Part shown: in pieces, positions 42,501 through 54,523 of the stretch
Layout of the letters: every line of letters starts with the position of its first letter
Numbering within the stretch: position 1 is the first letter of the stretch
Assembly: GCA_043228905.1 (NCBI GenBank)
Contig: JBHGNT010000010.1
Location: 12,524,001-12,588,000 of the forward strand
Source: Azolla caroliniana
Lineage: Eukaryota > Plantae > Polypodiophyta
Length of the DNA stretch: 64,000 nucleotides
Direction: 5' to 3'
Translations under genes and position numbers: made by a program
The notes under the pieces: model-generated
Told to the model about the DNA's origin: nothing
Database searches by the model: none
Seen by the model: the letters and a program-made list of their open reading frames with translations, nothing else

Positions 42501-44783
42501 CACCCGAGAAACCCGGGTTCAACTCCCGGCATAGGAAACGACAATATCATATATTGAATTTCCGACTGATGTCATGTGTTAACTGTTTGATAACTCAAAA
42601 ACTTAAGACCTAAACTAGTTGTTACAATAATATACAATTAACAAAATAATCAATATTATGTTTGAAGGCTTGATGACGAACTTTACTTTCATTTTTTTCT
42701 CCTAACATCAATTTGTAAATTTAATCCCATTATTCGATTAATGGTAGAGCTTTCAAATGAAATTAGACAAAACATTATGTTGTTCGAGACAAAAAGAAGA
42801 AGTATATTTGGTTGTGGTTATTCGTCAACGTTGGTACGACAAATTAGTACACCAACAATTACAGTTGGCATAACTCAATACAATTTCAAACAATATGCAT
42901 AGAATACAAAATAATGTTCAAATGTCGAGAAGCATTGCACCATGTTTCTTTATTTGTAGCAAAGCACTAGAATAGTACATTACCTAATTTATTTTCTAAA
43001 TGAGTTCCATTGTAATCAAATTGCCTCGAATCGTTAATTTCAACTCGAAACGTGCGGGGACAAGTATAGCCATACGAAAAACTAAATACATTATATATCA
43101 TGAGTTAATGTGGCCTCGATAAAAACCCGCGAAATTAATAAATCTTAAAAACGAGAGTGTGTTAGAATAATCCTCTGTTTCTTGTTAATTGTTGTGCAAT
43201 ATATAAATATTATTTACTACTAATGAATGATTGCAATATTAAAAAGTGTACAAGATGTGATCCATTAATGTCTAGTTGGTTAGAATACTGGGCTCTCACC
43301 CCGGAGACCCATATTCAACTCCTCGGAATAGTAAGGACAATATCATATATAAAAGTTTGCAACGCATGTCATGTGTTTGATAACTCAAAAACTCAAGACG
43401 TAAAGTAGTTACAATAACATACAATTAACAAAATAATCAATATTATGTTAGAAGTATTGATAAAGAACTTTGGTTTGATTTTTTTCTCCTCACATCAATT
43501 TCTAAACTTCATCCCAATATTCAATTAATAGTAGAGGTTTTTAATGAAATTTTACAAAACATTATGTTGTTCGGGACAAAAGGAAGTAGTATATTTAGTT
43601 GGGGCTATTCCTCAACATTGTTACGACAAATTAGTACACCAAGAATTATAGTTTCGATAACTTGATACAATTTCCAAAAATACGCATACATTGTCGAATA
43701 ATGGTGTATTCTTGATGAGCATTGCACCATTTTTCTTTATCTGATGTAAAGAACTAGAATATTACATTAACTAATTCATTTACTAAATGAATTCCATTGT
43801 AGTCTAGTTGGTTCGGATCCTTGTTTTTTACACGAGACTCCCGGGTACAACAATTGGCATGGCAAAAACTAGATACATCATATATCATGAGTTAATATCG
43901 CATCGATAAAAACCCTTGAAATTATTAAATCTTAAAAATGAGAGTGTGTTAGAATTATCCTCAATTTCTCGTTGATACTTGCACAATATATAAATCTTAA
44001 TTATTACTAATCAATGATTGCAATATTAAAAAGTACACTAGATATGATCCATGGTATTCTAGTTGGTTACGATACTTGGCTCCCGGGTTTAACTCCCAGC
44101 AATGGAAACGACAACATCATATATTAAATTTCCGACGCAGATCTTGTGTTAACTATTTGATAACTCAAAAACTCAATCCCTAAAGTAGATGTTAAAATAA
44201 TGTACAATTAACAAAATAGTCAATATTATGTTTGAAGGATTGATAACGAACTTTACTTTCATTTTTTTCTCCTAACATCAATTTCTAAACTTCATCCCAT
44301 TATTCAATTAATAGTAGAGGTTTCAAATGAAATTTGACAAAACATTATCTTGTTCGTGACAAGAAGAAGCAGTATATTTAGTCGTGGTTATTTCTCAACA
44401 TGGTTATGACAAATTAGTACACCGACAATTATTGTTTGGATAACTGGATAAAATTTTCAAAAATACGCATAGATTGTAGAATAATGATGAACTCTCGATC
44501 CACATTGCACCATATTTTCTTATTTGAAGCAAAGCACTAGAATATTACATTAACTAATTCGTTGACTTATGAATTCCATTCTAGTCTAGTTGGCATTGGA
44601 AAAACTAAACACATCCTAGATCATGAGGTAATGTCGCATCAATAAAAACCCTTGAAATTATTAAATCTTAAAAACGAGAGTGTGTTAGAATAATCCTCAG
44701 TTTCTCGTTGTTGCTTGCGCAATATATGATTATTATTTATTACAAATCTATGATTGCAATATCAAAAACTACACACGATGTGA

Positions 44784-44856
44784 TCCATTCTAGTCTAGTT
44801 GGTTAGGATACTCGGCTCTCACTCGAGAGACCCGGGTTCAACTCCCGGCAATGGAA
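44784..44856 (+). tRNA. tRNA-Glu(CTC), near-consensus copy (possibly pseudogene)
   Basis: Two differences from consensus (G7 to C mismatch; G-U in the anticodon stem); A and B boxes intact. Confidence 0.55.
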
Positions 44857-47277
44857 ACGACGATATCATATATTAAATTTCCGACTCATATCATGTGTTA
44901 ACCGTTTGATAACCCAAGACCTAAAGTAGGTTTTACAGGAATGTACAATTAACAAAATAATCAATATAATGTTTGAAGGATTGATAACGAAATTTGTTTT
45001 GATTTTTTTCTCCTAACATCATATTGTAAACTTAATCCCATTTTTCAATTAATAGTAGAGGTTTCAAATGAAATTCGACCAATCATTATTTTGTTCTGGA
45101 TAGGAAGAAGTACTATATTTAGTTTTGGTTACTTCTCAACATTGTTACGAGAAATTAGTACAATACGCATAGATTGCAAAATAATGGTCAACTATCGACA
45201 AGCATTGCACCATGTTTCTTTATTTGTAGCAAAGCACTAGAATACTACATTAACTAATTCATTTACTCACTGAATTCCATTGTAATCAACCTACCTCGAA
45301 TCATTGATTTTTATCCGAGATGCGCGTGTACAAGCACAAGCATAGGAAAAACTAGATACATCATAAATTATCAGTTAAATTAGCATTGAGAAAAACTCGT
45401 GAAATTATTAAATCTTAAAAAAGAGAGTGTGTTAGAGTAATCCTTAGTTTCTCGTGATGCTTGCGCAATATAGAAATAATATCTATTACTAATCAATGAT
45501 TACAATATTAAAAAGTGCACAAGATATGATCCAATGTAGTGTAGTTGGTTAGGATACTCGGCTCTCACCCAAGAGACTCGGGTTTAATTCCCGGAAATGG
45601 AAACGACAATATCATATATTAAACTTCCGACGCATATTATGTGTTAATTGTTTGATAACTTAAAAACTGAAGACCTAAAGTAGGCGTTACAATAATGTAC
45701 AATTAACAAAATAATCAATATTATGTTTGAAGGACTGAGAAAGAACTTTAGTTTGATTTTTCTCTCCTAATATCAATTTCTAAATTTAATCCAATTATTC
45801 GATTAATGGTAGACATTTTAATTGAAATTGGACAAAACATTATGTTCTTCGGGACAACAAGAATCGGTATATTTAGTTGTGGTTATTCCTCAACATTGTT
45901 ACGATAATTTAGTACACCAAAAATTATAGTTTGGATAACTCGACAGAATTTCAAACAATAGGCATAGATTGCGTAATAATGGTCAACTGTTGATGTGTAT
46001 TGCAACATGTTTCTTTATTTGTAATAAAGGACTAAAATGGTACATTAACTAACTCATTTACTAAATGAATTCCATTGTAATCAAGTTGCCTCGGATACTT
46101 GCTTTTTACTTGAGACGCCCGTGTACAAGTAGATATATCCTATATCATGAGTTAATATGACATCGATAAAAACACTTGAAATTATTAAATCTTAAAAACG
46201 AGAGTTGGTTAAAGTAATCGTCAGTTTCTAATCAATATATAAATATTATTTATTTCTAATCAATGATAGCAAGATTAAATGATCCACGATAGTCTAGTTG
46301 GTTAGGATACTCGGCTCTCACCTGAGAGACCCGGGTTCAACTCTCGGCAATGGAAACGACAATATCATATATTAAATTTCCAATGTATATCAGGTGTTAA
46401 CTGTTTGATAACTCAAAAATTCAAGTCGTAAAGTAGGTGTTACAATAATGTGCAATTAATAAAATAATCAATATTATGTTTCAACGATTGATGACGCGTG
46501 GGTACAAGTACAGGCATAGGAAAAACTAGATACATCATAGCTCATGAGTTAGTGTACCATCGATAAAAACCGGTGAACTTATTAAATCTTAAAAACAAGA
46601 GTGTGTTAGAATAATCCTTTGTTTCTCGTTGATGCGTGCGCAATATATAAATAATATTTATTACTAATCAATGATTACATTATTTAAAAGTGCACAAGAT
46701 GTGATCTAGTGTAGTCTAGTTGGTTAGAATACTCGGCTCTCACCCGAGAGACCTGAGTTCAATTCCCGGCAATGGAAACGACAATATCATATATTAAACT
46801 TCCGACGCATATCATGTGTTAAGTGTTTGATAACTGAATAACTCAAGACCTAAAGTAGGTGTTACAATAATGTACAATTAACAAAATAATCAATATTATG
46901 TTTGAAGGATTGATGATGAACTTTACTTTGATTTTTTTCTCCTAACATCAATTTCTAAACTTAATCCCATTATTCGATTAATTGGAGATATTTCAAATGA
47001 AATTGGCCCAAACATTATGTTGTTCGCGACAACAAGAAGCAGTATATTTAGTTGTGGTTATTACTCAACATTGTTACGATAAATTAGTACACCAATAATT
47101 ATAGTTTGGATAACTTGATACAATTTCAAACAATACGTATAGATTGCAAAATAATGGTCAACTGTCGACAAGCATTGCACATTGTTTCTTTATTTGTAGC
47201 AAAGCACTAGAATAGTACATTAACTAATTCATTTACTCAATGTATTCCATTGTAATCAAGTTGCCTCGAATCGTTTA

Positions 47278-49675
47278 TTTTTTTTTTCCAAAAAAAGAAA
47301 CTATTTCCATTAGTTAAGCAATGTACAAAGGATAATTTACAACTCATATCTTATAAGACATCTTGCATATCGAAGGAAAACAATAGGTGTAGATGAAACA
47401 ACAACAAAAAATAACTCCAAAGCACCACATCATTCGATGTGTATAGCATAACTCGAACGCATATTCTCCACGTGAGCCTCATACAAGCAGAATTTAGAAT
47501 AGATGTCCTCCATTCGCTCCTCAAGGCAGCACCCATCTAGATGTTAGGTACACTTGGAGGGAACAGCCACCGTGGTGGTTGATAATTCCACTTTCACTTT
47601 ACCATCCATTAGCTGTAGCATCAACGAATCGCTCCATTTCAGCAAGAAATGAGCTCTCTCTTCTTCACTTGCGTCAAATGGCCCTTGAAGACTTTCAAAC
47701 TCACCTCGCAACGTACAAATAAGATTGAACCAGATCATCATTAGATTCTCAGCAGGCGGGGTTCGTTTACCGGAAAAGGTCTCCTTGCACCTAGATACCC
47801 ACACTTGCCAGACCGTAAGGCCGACCACTAATACCCATATGTCCACGCAACGTTCCTGTAAGAAGAATAAACCTCCTTGCGTTGGTTGCACAGATCCTTG
47901 TATCACCTTTAAAGAAGGATTGTTTCCATTCCAACCTTGAAACCAAGAGGCCGATTCAATGGCCAACCAAGTGATTGTTGCGCTCGATACATGAACCTCA
48001 ACCCCGAACCGAGCCCAGTTTCTTAATCTCCTCAACCAATTTTTTTGCGCTCGAGGGCAGCACCACAAACAATGAGCGATGTCCTCCAAGCTCGCACTAC
48101 AGGCCTTGCAACCACTCATGCCGCCTCTATTCCCAAGCCACTCTCCCGTTGGAACAGCCCGATGGGTGATTAACCAGAAAAACACTTTGATCCGCTCAGG
48201 AAGGGATGAGTTCCATATCCTGCTCCTAGTTTTATCCACGAAGGCTAAATCGATAGTTGCATGGGACCACTTGTTGGCACACTTCTAACGATTCGAACCT
48301 AACTTTCTCCCCAACCGTGTCGAGTATTCGAAGAAACCTAATGATTTATCTTGTTCTCCCTTCCACGTATATTCAACGGGATCCCATTCTACGCGCTCGA
48401 GAGGCTTGCCTTCAACCACGTACAAGATCCAATCCTCCTCAACCTCTACGACTGGTGGATTCACCTTCCATTTCTTTCTGCCTCTTGCCACAATTCTAAT
48501 CGGGTGCCAGCCTGCACTTTCATCTAATAATCCAATCTGGACTGGCTTCCCATTCTTTCCTACACCCCTGACATTGATAATTTTTCCGGTATCATCACAT
48601 TGTCCGGACCATTCACCCTCTTCCTCATTACCAATAGGAAGCGAGGAGACAGTTGTATTGACTACGTCAAGCATCTTTCTGCCATTTCTGACCTTTCCCA
48701 AGTCTTCATATAGTTGATCACGATTATTGTCAGACAGCCGCATCCAATAAGCCACTGACTGTATCCCTAGACAATACAATGTAGCCCACGGCATGTGCGT
48801 GCTTTGTCCAAGCATCATTCCTTCTGGCGATTGTACGATCTCGTTCCACAGTAGGGGTTGGCGCATCCATTCAGCACTCGTACTTGGACGATTCCGACTT
48901 AGGTTCCCACGGAGCATACTCCACGCCAGCGTCACTGACATACAAGTACGATCAGCCAACCGGTTATATTTCCTCAACTTTAAGGCCATACAAAAAGGCC
49001 ACGCTTTGTGTGACTTCCAATGCCTACCTAGTCTTGGACTCCAGACAATGCTCCTATTATGTATCAATGTTTTCCATAACTCGTTACCAGGTAGCAAGCT
49101 CCTTACCAATACCTTACATAACAATGCTTGACTCTGCAATCTAGGGTCAACCAATCCTAAACCCTGCTTACTCTTGGGAAGAACCAACGTAGACCATGAT
49201 ACTTTGGCTGCCGCGTTGTCTTTCCTCATCCCAGCCCAAAGGAATCCCCTAATACACGCTTTAACATTACGAATAACTTGCTTGTCAAACATCCACACTG
49301 AAACTGCATGCCATAATGTAGACAAGAACACATGGTTAGCTACTATGATCCTGCCAGCCAATGATAAGTTCATCCCTGACCAGTTGTGAATTTTGTCACA
49401 TATTTTGCTTTGAATTTGTTGCAACTGAATTCCTTTGTCGATATCTACCCCAATCCACGTTCCCAGATACCGAGTGGCTTCCCCGTTTGCAATCCATTTG
49501 AATTCAGCATTTGGCTTCCAAACTGTCTCGGACTCCAAGATGATACAAAAACCCTTGGACTTCTTATCGTCCACGAACTCTGAGTCCAGCAGGGACTTCC
49601 TTTAATTAGGGATCGAAAGACCATGAAGATTTTCCCCTTGACTGTTAAAAAGGGCAGACATTGCTTCAGTAATAA
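47278..49675 (-). mobile_element. 5'-truncated L1-clade LINE
   Basis: Poly(T) at 47278-47287 (poly-A tail on -); ORF2 remnants EFVDD (RT FADD-like, ~49570), RYLG, W...LSLAGRIIVANHV, VSWSTLVLPKSKQGLGL, zf-RVT-like CKAC...EDIAHCLWCC; satellite resumes in register at ~49676. Boundaries +/- a few bp. Confidence 0.92.
47544..49675 (-). pseudogene. LINE ORF2 C-terminal part (RT end and cysteine-rich domain), disrupted
   Basis: ORFs 48285-49574 and 47544-48239 are in the same frame and separated by a stop; further stop near 49602. Confidence 0.88.
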
Positions 49676-52600
49676 ACTCAAAACGTGCAGGTACAAGTAC
49701 AGGCATAGGAAAAACTAGATACATTATATGTCATGAGTTAATGTGGCATCGATAAAAACCCGTGAAATTATTAAATCTTAAAAACGTGAGTGTGTTAGAA
49801 TAATGCTCTGTCTCTTGTTGAGGCTTGCACAATATATAAATATTATTTATTACTAATCAATGATTGCAATATTAAAACGTGTACAAGATGTGATCCATTG
49901 AAGTCTATTTGGTTAGAATACTCGGTTCCTTGCTTTTTACCTGAGACGCCCGGATAAAACTAGATATATCAGATATCATGAGTTAATGTGGCATCGAGAA
50001 AAACCCTTGAAATTATTAAATCTTAAGCACGAGAGTGTGGTAGAATAATCCTTAGTTTTTCGTTGATGCTTGTGCAAAATATAAATATTATTTATTTCTA
50101 ATCAATGATTGCAATATCAAAAAGCACACAAAATGTGATCCATTGTAGTCTAGTTGGTTAGGATACTCGGGTCTCACCCGAGAGACCCAGATTCAACTCC
50201 CGGCAATGGAAACGACAATGTCATATATTAAATTTTCGACGCATATCATGCGTTATCTGTTTGATAACTCAAAAACTCAAGACCTAAAGTAAATGTTACA
50301 ATAATGTACAATTAACCAAATAATCAATATTATGTTTAAAGGATTGATGACGAACTTTACTTTGATATTTCTCTCCGAACATCAATTTCTAAACTTAATC
50401 CCATTATTCGATTAAGGGTAGAGGTTTCAAATGAAATTGGACAAAACATTATGTTATTCGAGACAACAAGAAGCAGTATATTTGGTTATGGTTATTCGTG
50501 AACATTGGTACGACAAATTAGTACAACAACAATTATATATCATGAGTTCATGTGGCATCGATAAAAACCCGTGAAATTATTAAATCTTAAAAACGAGAGT
50601 GTGTTGATGCTTGCGCAATCTATAAATATTGTTTATTACTAATCAATGATTGTAATATTAAAAAGTGTACAAGATGTGATCCATTGAAGTCTAGTTGGTT
50701 AGAATACTCGGTTCCTTGCTTTTTACCTGAGACGCCCGGGTACAACTAGATATATCAGATATCATGAGTTAATGTGGCATCGAGAAAAACCCTTGAAATT
50801 ATTCAATCGTAAAAACGAAAGTGTGGTAGAATAGTCCTCTGTTTCTCGTTGATGCTTGCGCAAAATATTTGTAATCAATGATAACAATATTAAAAAGCAC
50901 ACAAAATGTGATCCATTGTAGTCTAGTTGGTTAGGATACTCGGCTCTCACCCGAGAGTTCCGGGTTCAACTACCGGCAATGGAAACAACAATGGCATATA
51001 TTAGATTTCCGACATAGATAATGCGTTATCTGTTTGATAACTCCAAAAGTCAAGACCTAAAGTAAATGTTACAATAATGTACAATTAACAAAATAATCAA
51101 TATTATGTTTGAACAATTGATGACGAACTTTACTTTGATATTTCTCTGCTAACATCAATTTCTAAACTTAATCCCATTATTTGATTAATGGTAGAGGTTT
51201 CAAATGAAATTGGACAAAACATTATGTTGTTCGGGATAACAAGAAGCACTATACTTGGTTGTGGTTATTCATCAACATTGGTACGAGAAATTAGTACACC
51301 AACAATTATAGTTTGCATAACTCGAGACAATTTCGAACAATAGGCATAGATTGCAGAATAATGGTCAACTGTCGATGAGCATTGTACCGTGTTTCTTTAT
51401 TTGTAACAAAGGACTAGAATGGTACATTAACTAATTCATTTACTAAAGGAATTCCATAGTAATCAAATTGCTTTGGATCCTTGCTTTTTACCTGAGACGC
51501 CCTAAAGTAGTTCTTACAATAATGTACAATTAACAAAATAATTAATATTATGTTTGAAGGATTGACAAAGAACTTTACTTTAATTGTTTTCTCCTAACAT
51601 CAATTTCTAAATTTAATCCCATTATTCGATTAATGGTAGAGGTTTCGAATGAAATTGGACCAAACATTATGTTGTTCGGGACAACAAGAAGCAGTATATA
51701 TAGTTGTGGTTATTCCTCAACATTGTTACAATTAATTAGTACACCAAAGATTATAGTTTGTTGTGGATAACTCGATACAACTTCAAACAATACGCATAGA
51801 TTGTGGAATAATGGTCAACTGTTGATGACTATTGTACGATGTTTCTTTATTTGTAACAAAGGACTAGAATGGTACATTAACTAAATTCCATTGTAATTAA
51901 ATTGCCTCGGATCCTTGCGTTTTACCTGTGACGCCAGGGTAAAAGTAGATATGTCATATACCATGAGTTAATGTGACATTTATAAAAACCCTTGAAATTT
52001 GTAAATCTTAAAAACGAGAGTGTGTTAGAATAATCCTCAGTTTTTTGTTGATGCTTCCACAAAATATAAATAGTATTTATTTCTCATCAACGATTGTAAT
52101 ATTACAAAGCACACAAAATGTGATCCATTGTACTTTAGTTGGTTAGGATACTCAGCTCTCACCCGAGAGATCCGGGTTCAACTCCCCGAAATGGAAACGA
52201 CAATATCATATATTAAATTTTCGACGCATATCATGTGTTAACTGTTTGAGAACTCAATAACTCAAGACCTAAAGTAGGTGTTACAATAATGTACAGTTAA
52301 AAAAATAATCAATATTATGTTTGAAGGATTGATAAAGAACTTTACTTTGATTTTTTCCTCCGAACATCAATTTCTAAACTTAATCCCATTATTCGATTAA
52401 TGGTAAAGGTTTCGAATGAAACTGGACCAAACATTATGTTGTTCGGGACAACAAGAAGTAGTATATTTAGTTATGGTTATTCCTCAACATTGTTACGATA
52501 AATTAGTAGACCAACAATTATAGTTTGGATAACTTGATACAATTCCAAGCAATACGCATAGATTGTAAAATAATGGTCAATTGTTGACAAGCATTGCACC

Positions 52601-54089
52601 ATGTTTCTTTCTTTATACCAAAGCACCAGAATAGTACATTAACCAATTCATTTATTCAATCAATTCCATTGAAATCAAGTTGCCTTGAATCGTTGATTTT
52701 TACCCAAGCCGCGCGGTTACAAGCACAGGCATAGGAAAAACTAGATACATCATAGATGATGAGTTAATTTGGCATCGATAAAAACCAGTGAAATTATTTA
52801 ATCTTAAAATTGATGGTGTGTTAGAATAATCCTCTGTTTCTTGTTGATGCTTGCGCAATATGTAAATATTATTTATTACTAATCTATGATTGCAATATTA
52901 AAAACTATACAATATGTGATCCATTGAAGTCTAGTTGGTTAGAATACTCGGCTCTCACCTGATAGACCCGGGTTCAACTCCTGGCAATGAAAACGACAAT
53001 ATCATATATTAAATTTCCGACGCATATCTTGTTTTAACTGTTTGATTATTCAAAAACTCAAGACGTAAAGTAGATGTTACAATAATGTACAATTAATAAA
53101 ATAATCAATATTATGTTTGAAGAATTGATGACGAACTTTCCTTTCATTTTTTTCTAGTAACATCAATTTGTAAACTTAATCCCATTATTCAATAATAGTA
53201 GAGGTTTCAAATGAAATTTTATAAAATATTATGTTGTTCGGGAGAAGAAGAAGCAATATATTTAGTCGTTGTTATTTCTCAACATGGTTACGACAAATTA
53301 GTACACTGACAATTATAGTTTGCATACCTTGATAGAATTTCCAAAGATACGCATAGATTGTGGAATAATGGTGAACTCTCGATCAACATTGCACCATATT
53401 TCTTTATTTGAAGTAAAGTAGTAGAATATAACATTAACTAATTCATTTACTAAATAAATTCCATTGTAGTCTAGTTGGTTCGGATCCTTGTTTTTTTACG
53501 CACAGATTGCAAAATAATGGTCAACTATCGCGAGACCCGGGTTCATCTCCAACCAATAGAAAAGACAATATCATATATCATATTTTGCAACGCATGTCAA
53601 GTGTTAAGTGTTCGATAACTCAAAAACTGAAGACCTAACATTATTTTTGTTCAGGATAACAAGATGCAATATATTTAGTTCTGGTTATTCCACAAATTTG
53701 TTACGCCAAATTAGTACACGAAAAATATAGTCTGGATAACTCGATGGAATTTCAAACAATACGCATAGATTGCAAAATAATGATCAACTATCGATGAGTA
53801 TTGCACCATGTTTCTTTATTTCTAACAAAGGACTAAAATGGTACATTAACTAAGCCATTTACTAAATGAATACCATTGTAATCTAGTTGCCTCGGATCGT
53901 TGCTTTTTACCTGAGCACCTGGGTACAAGTAGATATATCCTATATCATGAGTGAATATGGCATTGATAAAAACCCTTGAAATTATTAAATCTTAAGAACG
54001 AGAGTGTGTTAGAATAATCGTCTGTTTTTTGTTGATGCTTGCGCAATATATAAATATTATTTATTTCTAATCAATGATAGCAAGATTAA
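49676..54089 (+). repeat. tRNA-Glu-derived satellite, block 4
   Basis: Same monomer; near-intact-type copies at ~50139, 50912, 52124, 52920. Confidence 0.95.
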
Positions 54090-54523
54090 TGTTAACTCTT
54101 CGGGCCGGACAATGGCCTAACACAAGGTGTCTACGGGAGACACTTCACCAAAGGGTGTTACGGCTACCGGATTAGACTTCAACGCCTAATCCGATTTAGT
54201 TAAGTTACTTATTAGGATCGTATTTCATAACACGCGTAAGATATAACAATTAAGACAGAACGGCAATTAACACAGAGATATAACAACGCTTAAGCTTTCA
54301 TTAATTAACCGCTAACTATTACATTGTATCCGGGCCTTTAAATAGGTTTCCGGTCTGTATTACAAAACGGTGCCATCCGCACCTGTTCGGGATCGGTCCG
54401 GATCCGAAACGGCATACCGATTCCGGTCCGTCCGTCCACACTCATAACTTAATTACAACCACATTCCTACTAATTAATTAGTTCTCCGTTTCCCACTCTG
54501 GACTCCTTTGCCGGCCGGTAACA
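54090..54523. mobile_element. Solo LTR of a third, unrelated family (434 bp)
   Basis: TGTTA...TAACA termini, 5-bp TSD ATTAA (54085-54089 and 54524-54528), more GC-rich than flanks, no ORF; empty paralogous site at ~25333. Confidence 0.88.

Larger units (their letters stand above)
20181..47277 (+). repeat. tRNA-Glu-derived satellite, block 3 (27 kb uninterrupted)
   Basis: Regular spacings of near-intact copies, e.g. 35857 to 36651 (794 bp) and 38179 to 38975 (796 bp); roughly 35 copies. Confidence 0.96.

Noticed and set aside
20181-47277. Cluster of independent tRNA-derived SINE insertions
   Set aside because: No poly(A) tails or TSDs per unit; strict head-to-tail order fits tandem amplification. 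A SINE-like ancestor of the unit cannot be excluded.
633-50950. Short ORFs inside the satellite (e.g. 633-815, 3062-3319, 21870-22079, 42096-42320, 50762-50950)
   Set aside because: They are translations of the repeat; similar peptides recur only because the DNA repeats, and frames are not conserved between copies.
54090-54523. MITE or DNA transposon
   Set aside because: Only 5-bp inverted termini, TG...CA ends and a 5-bp TSD fit a solo LTR better.
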